Assembly (NCBI GenBank): GCA_016867235.1
Contig: VGJY01000002.1
Coordinates: 2,647 to 66,646, forward strand
Length of the DNA stretch: 64,000 nt
Source: Candidatus Tanganyikabacteria bacterium
Lineage (GTDB): Bacteria > Cyanobacteriota > Sericytochromatia > S15B-MN24 > VGJW01
Direction of reading: 5' to 3'
Part shown: positions 8,268 to 17,947 of the stretch, one piece after another
Layout: each line of letters begins with the position of its first letter
How positions within the stretch are numbered: position 1 is the stretch's first letter
The notes under the pieces: model-generated
Seen by the model: the letters and a program-made list of their open reading frames with translations, nothing else
Databases searched by the model: none
Told to the model about the DNA's origin: nothing
Program-made: the position numbers and the translations under genes

Positions 8268-9063
8268 TCTTGAACGTGCGCTCCCGCTCCCCGCCCGGCT
8301 TGATGACCGTGACGTCCACGACCGGAATGGCCGGATCCCAGCGCTCCACGAAGGTGCGCGGCTCGCCCGTCAGGTAATTGACCTCCTTGCGCACCGCGAG
8401 GCGCAACTCGGGCAGGCCCGTCGCCGGATCGGTGGTCAGTTCGGCCTCGTACCCGCGGTCGATCGGCAGCAGCGGGATGCGGCTCAGGAAGGCCTCCAGC
8501 GGCGAAGGCGTGGCGACCCAGGTGATGGGCGGGACGAACGAACCGGAGGCCGAGGCGCTCGCCGGCAGGCTCGTCACCTGCTCGGTGCCCGTGCTCTCGG
8601 GAGTCGTGGGGTAGAAGCGGTGGGCGTTTTCGGCCACCACCTTGTCCACGGCCTTCGTGAGGGCGCTTGCCGAACTGGCCGACAGCCCGAGTTGTTGCAG
8701 GCGCTTGACCATCAATTGCGCCTTGGCCTCGTCCACCCGTTGCAGCGCCGGATTCAGCTTCTTGTACTCGGCCAGCTCCTTGGGCGGCACGGTAGGCGTC
8801 GGCCGGGGCGTGGGCGTCGGGGCCGGGGGCCGGGGCGTCGCCGCCGCCGACCGATCCGGGTAGGCGATGGGGCTCTCGCGGCGCGGCTCATCGGCTCTTG
8901 GCGCCGGCCTGGGCAGATCCACCAGGCGTACCAGCGGCGGGATACTGGGTGCCGGGCTTGCCGCCCGCGGGCCGCGCACGCGCAGCAGGGCCACGCCCAC
9001 GACCAGCAGCGCCAACCCCAGGTGGACGGCGACCGACGCGCCGAGCCACCGCTTCTTGATCAT
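8155..9063 (-). CDS. Hypothetical membrane-anchored protein with Pro-rich linker (island target gene)
   Basis: N-terminal TM with TonB-like SVAVH, PTPTP linker; starts 3 bp after the upstream gene's stop. Confidence 0.75.
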   Translation of the reverse strand: MIKKRWLGASVAVHLGLALLVVGVALLRVRGPRAASPAPSIPPLVRLVDLPRPAPRADEPRRESPIAYPDRSAAATPRPPAPTPTPRPTPTVPPKELAEYKKLNPALQRVDEAKAQLMVKRLQQLGLSASSASALTKAVDKVVAENAHRFYPTTPESTGTEQVTSLPASASASGSFVPPITWVATPSPLEAFLSRIPLLPIDRGYEAELTTDPATGLPELRLAVRKEVNYLTGEPRTFVERWDPAIPVVDVTVIKPGGERERTFKMPLPPFGNSLDDFKQQMFGLTMLAYQEALAGRALPTP

Positions 9064-9066
9064 GGC

Positions 9067-10164
9067 CTAGCGGCTTGCGGTCTGGAGCTGCATGGAGTCG
9101 CCCACTTTCTGCAACTGCTCGGGATACAGGTCGCCGTAGGTGAACACGGCGAACTCCTTCTTCTCGCCCTTGGCGACGCCGTAGTAGTTGTAGGGGGACT
9201 GGATGGCAAGCTCCATGAACTTGTCGGCCAGCTTCGCGGCAAACGCTCCCGCCAGCAGCGTGACCCAGAGGTTGTCTGCCGGGCGGTACCGCACGTAGAG
9301 CCAGTTGAGGCCGTCGGTGTAGCTGATCAGCACCATCTGCGTGGCGTAGAAGGTGCTGACCTCGACGCCGTGCAGCACGAACGCCGGGGGCACGTTGCCC
9401 GGCGTCGCGAGCTTGCCGCCGATAGCCTTCTCCGCCTCGGCGATCGTCTTGTAGAAGACGAACGCATTCTCCCGCGAACCGGTCTTGAGTTCGATCTGGT
9501 TGATGTCCCGCGGGACGCGTTGCTCGAGGTCGAGGGTACCCGTAGGCGTGAACTCGGTGTACTGGCTCTGGAAGTAGGGTTCGATGCCGATCGCCCAGGT
9601 GCGATCCTCGCGCATGATCTGGTGGTTGTCCTTCGCGATCCAGTAGCGGTGCCCCGGGACGTAGAATCCGCCCTTGGGGATGATGTCCAGCACGTGGCAA
9701 TCGCGACCGGCGATGGCGGAAGGCAGGCTCTCCTTCTGCAGGGCCTCGGGCGTCATCACCGTGAGCATGTAATTGCGGTACAGCAGGTCGGGATTGGTGG
9801 TGATCTCGCCCAGGATGGTCGCGGTGACTTCGTTGGCGCCCGACGGATTGTCGTTTCGGAAGAGCAGATTCTCGTCGGGGAAGTACACGCTGGCCCGGTT
9901 TTCCTTGAGCCACAGGTTGACGTTGGTCAGCTTGCCGGGATCCTCGATGATCACCCGCAGGTTCTTCGCATCCCGGTAATGGACGCGCATGGCCGCGTGG
10001 TAGGAATCGGCCTGGCGGGTGAGCTTCTGCGTCCTCAACCCCTGGAAGCTGACCTTGCCCTGGTTCTGGCGCACGTTGGTCACCAGGTCGTACGGCGTGA
10101 TCGCCATCGCGGGGATCGCCAGCGCCAGCCAGATCGCGACTGCCTTCAAGACCGTACGAGCCAC
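9067..10164 (-). CDS. MucB/RseB- or LolA-like periplasmic protein
   Basis: Signal peptide; IAGRDCHVLDIIPK, HRYWIAKD, SYTDGL motifs typical of RseB-like folds; GTG start after GAGGAAGAGG. Confidence 0.65.
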   Translation of the reverse strand: MARTVLKAVAIWLALAIPAMAITPYDLVTNVRQNQGKVSFQGLRTQKLTRQADSYHAAMRVHYRDAKNLRVIIEDPGKLTNVNLWLKENRASVYFPDENLLFRNDNPSGANEVTATILGEITTNPDLLYRNYMLTVMTPEALQKESLPSAIAGRDCHVLDIIPKGGFYVPGHRYWIAKDNHQIMREDRTWAIGIEPYFQSQYTEFTPTGTLDLEQRVPRDINQIELKTGSRENAFVFYKTIAEAEKAIGGKLATPGNVPPAFVLHGVEVSTFYATQMVLISYTDGLNWLYVRYRPADNLWVTLLAGAFAAKLADKFMELAIQSPYNYYGVAKGEKKEFAVFTYGDLYPEQLQKVGDSMQLQTASR

Positions 10165-10291
10165 GGATGCCTCTTCCTCACGATGCCGATCCAGGGTTGC
10201 CGCCTGCCGGCGCACGCTGCCATGACGACCGCGCACCCGGTCAGGTTTCACCATGCTAACCCGGACTCCCGGGCGGGAGGCAATACCGGCG

Positions 10292-10537
10292 CTAGTCCTG
10301 GGCGGACATCACCCGCTCCACGATGACGTCGGCCATCCGCTCGTAGTGGTCGCGGACGATCTCGAAGTTGAGCTTCGCGTCGGGCGGGAAGAGCTTGAGC
10401 ACGACTTGCCGCGGGTTCTGGAGATCCACCGACCACGGTACGTAGCGGGCCGCGGCGTCGGCCGAGTAGAAGAGGATCCCGCAGAACATCGGGCCATCGT
10501 GGCGTTCGATGACGCAGGACCCGATTTCTACGGTCAT
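10292..10537 (-). CDS. Small hypothetical protein
   Basis: 81-aa ORF with typical codon bias filling the intergenic gap. Confidence 0.6.
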   Translation of the reverse strand: MTVEIGSCVIERHDGPMFCGILFYSADAAARYVPWSVDLQNPRQVVLKLFPPDAKLNFEIVRDHYERMADVIVERVMSAQD

Positions 10538-10617
10538 GCTTGGGTTATACCCTCGCTTTCGGGCTTTTCGTGCGTCATGACGCCGCCCGGCGAAAGTTCA
10601 GACGGCCGAAACGTTAT

Positions 10618-11418
10618 CTACATGCCGACTTCGGCCATGGGGTTCGGCGTGGGGAAGAGCGGTTTGCCGTCCGTCTGGTAGACGTAGTCGAAGCGCACGG
10701 TGTCGTGGCTGACCTTGCGCACGAAGATCTTGGCGAAGGTGAGCTTGTTGACCTTGATCGGCGCGGGAGGTGGCGTAGGCGGCGCCTTGGGCTTGTTGAG
10801 CGCGGGCGTGCCCTCCGGTTCGGGACGGGTGGCCGTCTGGAGCGGAACCGACAGGTCGGTGTCGATGCGCATGGCCACCGTCATGCCCGCCGTGATTCCC
10901 CACACGGCCGGGGTCTCGGCCGGCGCCACCCCGATCCACGGGGCCCGCGACAGGTCCTTGAACCCGAAGAAGTCGCCGTCGCCCAGCTTGGCGAAGCGAA
11001 CCTTGCTGCGGCCGCCCGGGATGGCCACAATCGAGTGCCCCGGGTGGAGCGGATCGTGCGGCGGATTGAACTTGAAGCGGAAGTGCGCCTGCCAGTCCTG
11101 CTCGCCGCTGGTGCCCTCGCCCGACACCATGTTGAAGCCGCCGCTCTGCCAGTAGCCGGCGCCGAGATCCTCGTACTTGAGGACCATGTCCTCGCCGAAG
11201 AGCACGGAATCCGGGTAGAGCGGCGCCGGGGTGGGCTTGGGCGTGGGGTGCGGGACGAGGGGGAACACGAAGGCCACCTTCTCCATCGGCGCCTTCCCGG
11301 CCGCCATGTTCTCGAGGACGCGGCCGACCTGTTGCCGGTTGACGCTGTCGGCGAAGAACAGGACCGGGACGACCAGGGCGATTCCGATGACGACCTCGCG
11401 CCTCATGTTGTTGGCCAT
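10618..11418 (-). CDS. Hypothetical membrane-anchored protein
   Basis: N-terminal TM, Pro-rich linkers, strong GC3 bias. Confidence 0.75.
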   Translation of the reverse strand: MANNMRREVVIGIALVVPVLFFADSVNRQQVGRVLENMAAGKAPMEKVAFVFPLVPHPTPKPTPAPLYPDSVLFGEDMVLKYEDLGAGYWQSGGFNMVSGEGTSGEQDWQAHFRFKFNPPHDPLHPGHSIVAIPGGRSKVRFAKLGDGDFFGFKDLSRAPWIGVAPAETPAVWGITAGMTVAMRIDTDLSVPLQTATRPEPEGTPALNKPKAPPTPPPAPIKVNKLTFAKIFVRKVSHDTVRFDYVYQTDGKPLFPTPNPMAEVGM

Positions 11419-11507
11419 TCCCGCCCCGCCGGGCCGACAAACGCGCTGCCCGAACGTGACGCCGATCCTTGCTCGCGGCGCCGCCCGGCGCCTAAGCTCC
11501 GGGAACC

Positions 11508-12851
11508 GTGATCAAAGAGCAGCCAATCGTGGTAAGAGTGCACAGTCCGGCCAGGAAGACCCGCGAAGGCGGATCGCTCGGCCTTTACCTGCTCGGGGGC
11601 GTCACTTTCGGCGCCTGGTTCCTGCAGTTCTTCACCGGCCTCTTCGACCACTGGCCCACGCTCGGCGTGTTCGCGGCGGGCACCGTGGCCCTCCTGGGAT
11701 CCGCGGTCGCGGCCCAGGGCATCCGGGAGCCTCTCCCCGCGTGGCGGGCGATGGGCCTTGCAGCCGGCCTGGCCGCGGCGATCGCCGGGTTCTGGGCGCT
11801 GCAGACCAAGCTCTCCTACGGCTCCACCCTGCTGGGGCACCCGCGCTACAGCGCTCCGCACTTCGCCGCGCCGCACCCGGCGGGCACCCGCGTCGTGCGC
11901 CTTGTGGGCGCCGACGGCGTGCCGGTCGACGGGCTCTTCTTCCCCGGGAACCACCAGGGGGCGATCGTGATCTACCCGGGCTGGGTCGGCGGCAAGGACG
12001 GCTTTGCGGCCGCCAGCCTGGCCGCCTGGCTCGCGCCGGGCTTCCAGGTGCTCGTGCTCGATCCCCGCGGTACCGGCGGTTCTGGCGGCTTCCAGCGGGG
12101 CCTGGGCGACGGCAAGCTGGACATCCAGGCCGCGGCCGGCTTCCTGCGCGGCAAGGGCGCCGCCGCCGTGGGCGTACTCGCCGAGGGCGACACGGCCCTG
12201 GCGGCCGCCCTCTCGGCGGCCGACGCCGATCCGACCTCGGACCGCCGCGTGGACGCCGTCATGCTGGTCGGGCCGACGCAGGCCTGGGGCGAGACGGCGG
12301 GCGGCGCGGCGAAGACCTGGTTCGACGATCCCCGCACCTCGTTCGGGCGGGCGTACTGGCGGGTGGCGGCCGGCAAGCGCCTCGCCCGCGGCCAGGGGCC
12401 CCTGCTCGCCGAGGCTCTGCCCCGCGTGGCGCCGCGGCCGCTGTTGATCGTCGCCCACCCTGGCGAGGGCGCCAAGCAGGCCCAGCAACTCTACATGGCC
12501 GCCTCCGAGCCGCGCGGCCTGCGCATCCTGCCGGGCGGAGGCTGGCCCCTTGGCTGGGAGGCCTATCCGGCATACCACGGAGCCGCCCGCGACTGGTTCC
12601 GGCGCGTGCTGGCCACGCAGACCGCCGCCGCCCCGGGCGCCACGCCGCAGGCCTCGGGATCGGCCCAGGCGAAGCCGCCCCTCACGCCCGAAGAGCAGCA
12701 GATGAAGGCGATGCTGTCCGAGCCGCAGCCGCTGGTGCCGGCCTTGCCCACCCCGGCGTCGCGGCCGGCCGGCGCTCCGGACCCGGCCGCCCGGGTGCCC
12801 GCGCTGCCAGCCCCGCCCGGGCCGCCTGGGCCGCCTAGCGTAGGCCGCTAG
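11508..12851 (+). CDS. Membrane-anchored alpha/beta-hydrolase-fold protein (nucleophile elbow degenerate)
   Basis: Three N-terminal TMs; VLVLDPRGTGGSGG, APRPLLIV; GVLAEGD where GxSxG is expected. Confidence 0.7.
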   Translation: MIKEQPIVVRVHSPARKTREGGSLGLYLLGGVTFGAWFLQFFTGLFDHWPTLGVFAAGTVALLGSAVAAQGIREPLPAWRAMGLAAGLAAAIAGFWALQTKLSYGSTLLGHPRYSAPHFAAPHPAGTRVVRLVGADGVPVDGLFFPGNHQGAIVIYPGWVGGKDGFAAASLAAWLAPGFQVLVLDPRGTGGSGGFQRGLGDGKLDIQAAAGFLRGKGAAAVGVLAEGDTALAAALSAADADPTSDRRVDAVMLVGPTQAWGETAGGAAKTWFDDPRTSFGRAYWRVAAGKRLARGQGPLLAEALPRVAPRPLLIVAHPGEGAKQAQQLYMAASEPRGLRILPGGGWPLGWEAYPAYHGAARDWFRRVLATQTAAAPGATPQASGSAQAKPPLTPEEQQMKAMLSEPQPLVPALPTPASRPAGAPDPAARVPALPAPPGPPGPPSVGR

Positions 12852-13380
12852 CGGTTTGCAGGCTCTCCCGCCGGCCCAGCGATGCGGCCAGGCGGGCGAA
12901 GCCTTCCCGCCGCTCGCGCCAGTAGCCGTTGGCCAGGCCGCTGGTGGAGTAGACGGCGGTGACCGCGATGTCCGCGGGAAAGCGCGCGGCTTGCGCCTCG
13001 TAGCGCCGCAGCAGGTCCACGCCCACGAAGCAGACGGTGCGCGGCCGGTACTCGGCCACCAGAGCGGACAGGCGGGCGAATCCCGCCAGGTACTCGCCCT
13101 TGGCCAGCTCCCGGGACGTGGCGGTGGGCCGCTTGACGACGTCGGTGATGCCGATGCCGTGATCCAGCACCCGCACGTCGTCGCCGGGCGTGCCGTAGAA
13201 GGCCGGCACCAGCCCGCACGCGTGCAGTTCCTTCCAGAAGGCGTTTGCCGGGTTGCCGTAGTACTGCCGCCGGGCGATCGCCGGGAGGCTCGGGTTGTAG
13301 CCTACGAAGAGCAGGTCGAGACCAGGCCGGACGATGTCCGCCAGGGTCTCCTGGCCGTCAACCCAGGTGAGTTCCGCCAC
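12835..13380 (-). CDS. mug: G/U mismatch-specific DNA glycosylase
   Basis: LLFVGYNPS, YYGNPANAFW, GIGITDVVKRPT, STSG. Confidence 0.85.
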   Translation of the reverse strand: MAELTWVDGQETLADIVRPGLDLLFVGYNPSLPAIARRQYYGNPANAFWKELHACGLVPAFYGTPGDDVRVLDHGIGITDVVKRPTATSRELAKGEYLAGFARLSALVAEYRPRTVCFVGVDLLRRYEAQAARFPADIAVTAVYSTSGLANGYWRERREGFARLAASLGRRESLQTASGLR

Positions 13381-14386
13381 GGGTCGAGGATAGCACCCCC
13401 TGGCCGCGCGCGCCGTCGAAGATGTCCTTGATGCCGCCGACGGCGCCGAGCAGGCTGGTCGCCTCGTACGGCAGGTAGATCACCTTGTTGTCGCGGCCCG
13501 AGACCATCTCGCGCAAGGTCTCGATGTAGCGCATGGCGATCAGGAAGTTGGCCGGGTTGCCGCCGGTGCCTGCAATGGTGTCCGAGAGCGTCTTGACCGA
13601 CGCCGACTCGGCCTGGGCGACCCGCAACCGGGCTTCGGCCTCGCCCTCGGCGCGGAGCACCCGGGCCCGCTTCTCCCCTTCGGCCTTGTTGATCTCGGCC
13701 TCGCGCATGCCTTCGGCCTCGAGGATGCGCGCCCGCTTGGTGCCCTCCGCCTCGAGGATCTGGGCGCGGCGGTCGCGTTCGGCCCGCATCTGCTTCTCCA
13801 TGGCCTCGCGGATGTCACGCGGCGGATTGATGTCCTGCAACTCGACGCGGGTGACCTTGACGCCCCACTTGTGGCCGGCCTCGTCCAGGATCACGCGCAG
13901 CTTGGTGTTGATCGTGTCGCGGGAGTTGAGGGATTCGTCTAGGTCCATCTCGCCGATGATGTTGCGCAGCGAGGTCTGGGTGAGCTTCTCGATGGAGTCC
14001 GGCAAGTTGGCGATCTCGTAAACCGCCTTCTTCGGGTCGGTGATCTGGATGAAGACCAGGGCGCTGATCTCGGTGGCGACGTTGTCCTTGGTGATGACGT
14101 TTTGCTTGGGGATATCCAGCACCGTCTCGCGCAGGTCGATGCGCGCCGTCCGGATGCGCCGCACCACTTGCCGGCCGCCCGCCTCCTCGGCGTACTTCCA
14201 GTCGATGGAGCGGGGCTGATCGATGAGGGGGATGATCAGGCTGAGGCCGCTGCCGATGGTCGTGTAGTAGCGGCCCAGGCGTTCGATGACCATGGTCTCG
14301 GCCTGCTTGACGATCACCAGGCCCTTCGAGACGACGACGATGATGAAGATGGCGAGGACGAAGAGGACGAACAAGCCGCCTTCCAT
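13358..14386 (-). CDS. SPFH/band 7 (stomatin-like) protein
   Basis: VIERLGRY, QNVITKDN, WGVKVTRVELQDI, AMEKQMRAERDRRA. Confidence 0.95.
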   Translation of the reverse strand: MEGGLFVLFVLAIFIIVVVSKGLVIVKQAETMVIERLGRYYTTIGSGLSLIIPLIDQPRSIDWKYAEEAGGRQVVRRIRTARIDLRETVLDIPKQNVITKDNVATEISALVFIQITDPKKAVYEIANLPDSIEKLTQTSLRNIIGEMDLDESLNSRDTINTKLRVILDEAGHKWGVKVTRVELQDINPPRDIREAMEKQMRAERDRRAQILEAEGTKRARILEAEGMREAEINKAEGEKRARVLRAEGEAEARLRVAQAESASVKTLSDTIAGTGGNPANFLIAMRYIETLREMVSGRDNKVIYLPYEATSLLGAVGGIKDIFDGARGQGVLSSTRGGTHLG

Positions 14387-14388
14387 GC

Positions 14389-14844
14389 CTAACCCTCCCT
14401 TCCCGTGGATTCGGGCTCCACGATCAAGCGCGCCCCTTCGACCTCGACCACGACGACCTTCTCGCCCGGTTCGATCGCCCGGCCGGACCGCGTGACGCCC
14501 CACCAGTCCTCGCCGTCCACCTTGACCCGCCCCTGGCTCGTGGCCGGATCGAGCCGCTCGGACACGAGCGCCTCGCGGCCCACCAGGGCGTCGACGTTGG
14601 TCTTGTGAGCCTCCGGCCCGGCGAGGTGCGCAAGGGCGAACGGCCGCACGCCGAAGAAGGCGGCGAGCGAGGCCGCGGAGAACGCCAGCAACTGCAGCGT
14701 GACGTCCAGGTGGTAGAACCCGGCGATCGCCGCGACCAGGCTGCCGACCGCGAAGCACGCGAGCACGAAGCCGGCGGTGAACACTTCGCCGATGATCAGC
14801 GCCAGGGCGATGATGGTCCAGATGTGCCAGGCATCCAGGTGCAC
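14389..14844 (-). CDS. NfeD family protein
   Basis: N-terminal TMs, LVGREALV...GRVKVDGEDW OB-fold; directly upstream of SPFH gene. Confidence 0.9.
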   Translation of the reverse strand: MHLDAWHIWTIIALALIIGEVFTAGFVLACFAVGSLVAAIAGFYHLDVTLQLLAFSAASLAAFFGVRPFALAHLAGPEAHKTNVDALVGREALVSERLDPATSQGRVKVDGEDWWGVTRSGRAIEPGEKVVVVEVEGARLIVEPESTGREG

Positions 14845-14875
14845 GCCCCAGGGTACCCCGCGCCGGCGGAGAGCG

Positions 14876-15874
14876 CTACAGCTCGAAGGATTGCGCCGGG
14901 ACCGGCATGGCGCGGGCCGCGTCCGCCTCGGTCAAGGTGGGCTTGACCAGGTAGGGGGGCCCTTTCTCGGGGAAGGGCACCACGACCCGATCGAAATCCG
15001 ACGGCAGTACGCAATTCTCGAAGACGCCCCGCGCCTCGTTGTGGATGTCGCGGGGCGGGTGGCGAAACGAGAGATGCGTGAGGACCAGGAGCTTGACCCC
15101 GGCCTGGCTGGCCACGCGACCGGCCTCCGCGGCGGTGGTGTGGCTGGTCTCGCTGGCGCGGCCCTGCTCGGCGCTCGTGAACGTGGAGTCGTGCACCAGA
15201 CAGTCGCATCCCCGGGCCGCCCGCAGGACCGCCTCGCACGGCCGCGTGTCGCCCGTGACGACCACCTTGCGACCGGGCCGCGACGGGCCCATGACGTCGT
15301 CCGGCCGCACCTCGCGGCCATCCGGCAGCGCGATCACCTCGCCGTGCTGCAGGCGCCCGAAGGCCGGACCCTCGGGCACACCGAGCTTGCGGGCGGCGGC
15401 CGGGTCGAAGCGGCCGGGGCGCGGATCTTCGTAGAAGCCGTAGCCGAGGCTCGGGATGCGGTGCTCGGTAGCGATGGTCTCCACGCGGTAGCCGGGGAAG
15501 GACAAACGCTCGCCGGGCGCCAGTTCGCGCCATTCCACCGGGAAGGAGATGCGGCCGATCACCCTTCGCAAGGCCTCGACCAGGTCGAAGAGCCCCCGCG
15601 GCCCGTAGATCTCGGCCGGCTCTTCCCGCCCCCAGAGCTCCCAGGTCTTGAGCATCCCCGGCAGACCCAGGTAGTGGTCGGCATGCAGGTGCGTCAGGAG
15701 GATGCGCTGGATCTGGGTGATGCCGACGGCGGCCTTGATGAGTTGCCGCTGCGTGCCTTCGCCGCAATCCACCAGGAAGCGATCCCCGCCCCGTTGCACC
15801 AGCGTGGACGATAAACCGCGGCTCGGCGTCGGCACGGCTCCCGCCGTGCCGAGGAACGTCAGGGAGAGTTCCAT
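14876..15874 (-). CDS. rnz: Ribonuclease Z
   Basis: FLGTAGAVPT, DCGEGTQRQ, THLHADH, exosite GVPEGP, GDTRP, HLS. Confidence 0.95.
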   Translation of the reverse strand: MELSLTFLGTAGAVPTPSRGLSSTLVQRGGDRFLVDCGEGTQRQLIKAAVGITQIQRILLTHLHADHYLGLPGMLKTWELWGREEPAEIYGPRGLFDLVEALRRVIGRISFPVEWRELAPGERLSFPGYRVETIATEHRIPSLGYGFYEDPRPGRFDPAAARKLGVPEGPAFGRLQHGEVIALPDGREVRPDDVMGPSRPGRKVVVTGDTRPCEAVLRAARGCDCLVHDSTFTSAEQGRASETSHTTAAEAGRVASQAGVKLLVLTHLSFRHPPRDIHNEARGVFENCVLPSDFDRVVVPFPEKGPPYLVKPTLTEADAARAMPVPAQSFEL

Positions 15875-15884
15875 GCCCCGCGCG

Positions 15885-16058
15885 TCAGGGAAGGGATTTT
15901 CGACCAGACGAGATGAGGGCCGCCCCGCCGGCCGTGAACAGGATGCCGATGATGAGCATCGGCGAGCCCGCCAGGATCTGCCAGCCGAACTTCAGCAGGT
16001 CGATCACCCCGATGACGACCAGGATCGTGCCGAGGATGGTCTTCGCGGCAGGAGGCAT
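15885..16058 (-). CDS. Small two-TM membrane protein (57 aa, absent from ORF track)
   Basis: MPPAAKTILGTILVVIGVIDLLKFGWQILAGSPMLIIGILFTAGGAALISSGRKSLP; fills the fadD-rnz gap with 6- and 10-bp spacers. Confidence 0.65.
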   Translation of the reverse strand: MPPAAKTILGTILVVIGVIDLLKFGWQILAGSPMLIIGILFTAGGAALISSGRKSLP

Positions 16059-16064
16059 GGCCTA

Positions 16065-17879
16065 TCAGGCGCCGACCGGAGCGGGAGCGCCCGCATACAC
16101 CTCCTCGATCTGGGCCTTGTAGCGCTCGAGGATGATGCGCCGCTTGAGCTTGAGCGTGGGCGTGAGCTCGCCCTTGTCCTGCGAGAGTTCTTCGGGCAGG
16201 AGCACGAACTCCTTGATCTGCTCGAAGCGGGCGAAATCGCGGGTCGTGCGGTCGATCTCGGCACGTAGCAACTGGCGCACCTTCGGGATCTCGATCAGCG
16301 CCACGCGGCTGGCGGTGTTGAGGCCCTCGCCCTTGGCCCAGCGCTCCAGCGGCTCGAAGTTGGGCACGATGAGGGCGGAGATGAAGTTGCGGTTGTCGCC
16401 GATCAGCACCGCCTGCGCGATGTAGGGGCTGGTGATGAGCGCGTTTTCGACCGGCGCCGGCGCGACGTTCTTGCCGTTGGACATCACCAGGATCTCCTTC
16501 TTGCGGTCGGTGATCTTGAGGTAGCCGTCGGCGTCGAACTCGCCGATGTCGCCGGTGTGGAACCAGCCGTCGGCGTCGATGGCGTCACGGGTGGCATCGG
16601 CCAGGTTCCAGTAGCCCTTCATGACGTTGGGGCCCTTGCAGAGGATCTCGCCGTCGGCCGCTATCTTGACGTCGACGCCCGGGATGGGCTTGCCGACCGT
16701 ACCCAGGCGGCGGGCCGCCGGGGTGTTGGCCGAGACGATCGGGCTCGTCTCGGTCAGGCCGTAGCCCTCCAGCACGGTGATGCCGATGAGGTTGAAGAAT
16801 TCCCCGACCTCGCGGGAAAGCGGCGCGCCGCCCGAGATGGCGTAGCGCAGCTTGCCGCCCGTACGGGCCCGGATCTTCGAGAAGACCAGGCGATCGGCGA
16901 TGGCCACCTGCAGCGCGAGCACCGGCGGGACGCTCCCCACTTTCTCCTTCTCGACAGAGGCTTCCTTGGCCACCTTCAGGCCCCAGGTGAACAGCGTCTT
17001 CTTGAGCCCGCCGGCTTGATCCATGGCGTCGTAGACGCGGGCGCGAATCTTCTCGAAGAGGCGCGGCACGCTGCACATGAAGGTCGGCGAGACCTCGGCC
17101 AGGTTTTGCGGCACCTTGTCGATGTTTTCAGCGTAGTTGATCGTCGCCCCGGCGAGGACGAAGGTGTAGTAGGCGATGCGCTCGAAGACGTGGCAGAGCG
17201 GCAGGAACGACAGGCAGGAATCCTCGGCGGTGATGCCGATGAGCGTGTTGATCACCTGGTGGTTGGAGGCCAGGTTGTTGTGCGAGAGCATCGCGCCCTT
17301 GGGATTGCCGGTGGTGCCGGACGTGTAGATGATGGACGCCAGGTCGTCGCCCTTTAGCTGCTCCTTGCGGGCTTTGCGCTCGTTGAGTGTGGATCCCAGC
17401 AACTCTTCGCCCTTCTTGAGGAGGGCGTCGAACGTGAGAATGTCCTGCTTGACCGCATGCTCGGGCGCGCCGTCCAGGAGCACCACGTGCGTCAACTGCG
17501 GTACCTCGCCCGAGATCTCGGAGATCTTGGCGAGGTGCGTGCCGGACGACAGGATGATCAGCTTGGCGCCGCAGTCCTCGAGGATGTACTTGACCTGCGC
17601 GGCCGTGAGCGTCGGGTAGATCGGCACGTTGACCGCGCCGGCGGCCAGGATCCCCTGGTCGGCGAAGACCCACTCGGGCCGGTTCTCCGACAGCAGGGCG
17701 ACGCGATCGCCCGCCACGACCCCGAGGCCGATCAGGGCCGCCGTCACCTTCTCGGCAAAATCGGCGAACTCCTGGTAGGTAATGGGGTGCCAGGCTTCGT
17801 TCTTCTTGTAGCGAAGGGCGGCCTTGGAGCCGAATTTGGCGACCGTCTGGTCGAACACGGCGGGCAGGGTCACGTGCAT
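16065..17879 (-). CDS. fadD: Long-chain fatty acid-CoA ligase (AMP-dependent synthetase)
   Basis: YTSGTTGNPKG, EGYGLTET, WFHTGDIG, ITDRKKE, ELTPTLKLKR; GGAGG SD before ATG 17879. Confidence 0.9.
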   Translation of the reverse strand: MHVTLPAVFDQTVAKFGSKAALRYKKNEAWHPITYQEFADFAEKVTAALIGLGVVAGDRVALLSENRPEWVFADQGILAAGAVNVPIYPTLTAAQVKYILEDCGAKLIILSSGTHLAKISEISGEVPQLTHVVLLDGAPEHAVKQDILTFDALLKKGEELLGSTLNERKARKEQLKGDDLASIIYTSGTTGNPKGAMLSHNNLASNHQVINTLIGITAEDSCLSFLPLCHVFERIAYYTFVLAGATINYAENIDKVPQNLAEVSPTFMCSVPRLFEKIRARVYDAMDQAGGLKKTLFTWGLKVAKEASVEKEKVGSVPPVLALQVAIADRLVFSKIRARTGGKLRYAISGGAPLSREVGEFFNLIGITVLEGYGLTETSPIVSANTPAARRLGTVGKPIPGVDVKIAADGEILCKGPNVMKGYWNLADATRDAIDADGWFHTGDIGEFDADGYLKITDRKKEILVMSNGKNVAPAPVENALITSPYIAQAVLIGDNRNFISALIVPNFEPLERWAKGEGLNTASRVALIEIPKVRQLLRAEIDRTTRDFARFEQIKEFVLLPEELSQDKGELTPTLKLKRRIILERYKAQIEEVYAGAPAPVGA

Positions 17880-17947
17880 GCGATGAATCCTCCGAACTGG
17901 TAATCCCACATTCTACCAGTCCAGCTCCGGCCGGCAGGGGGGAGCGG

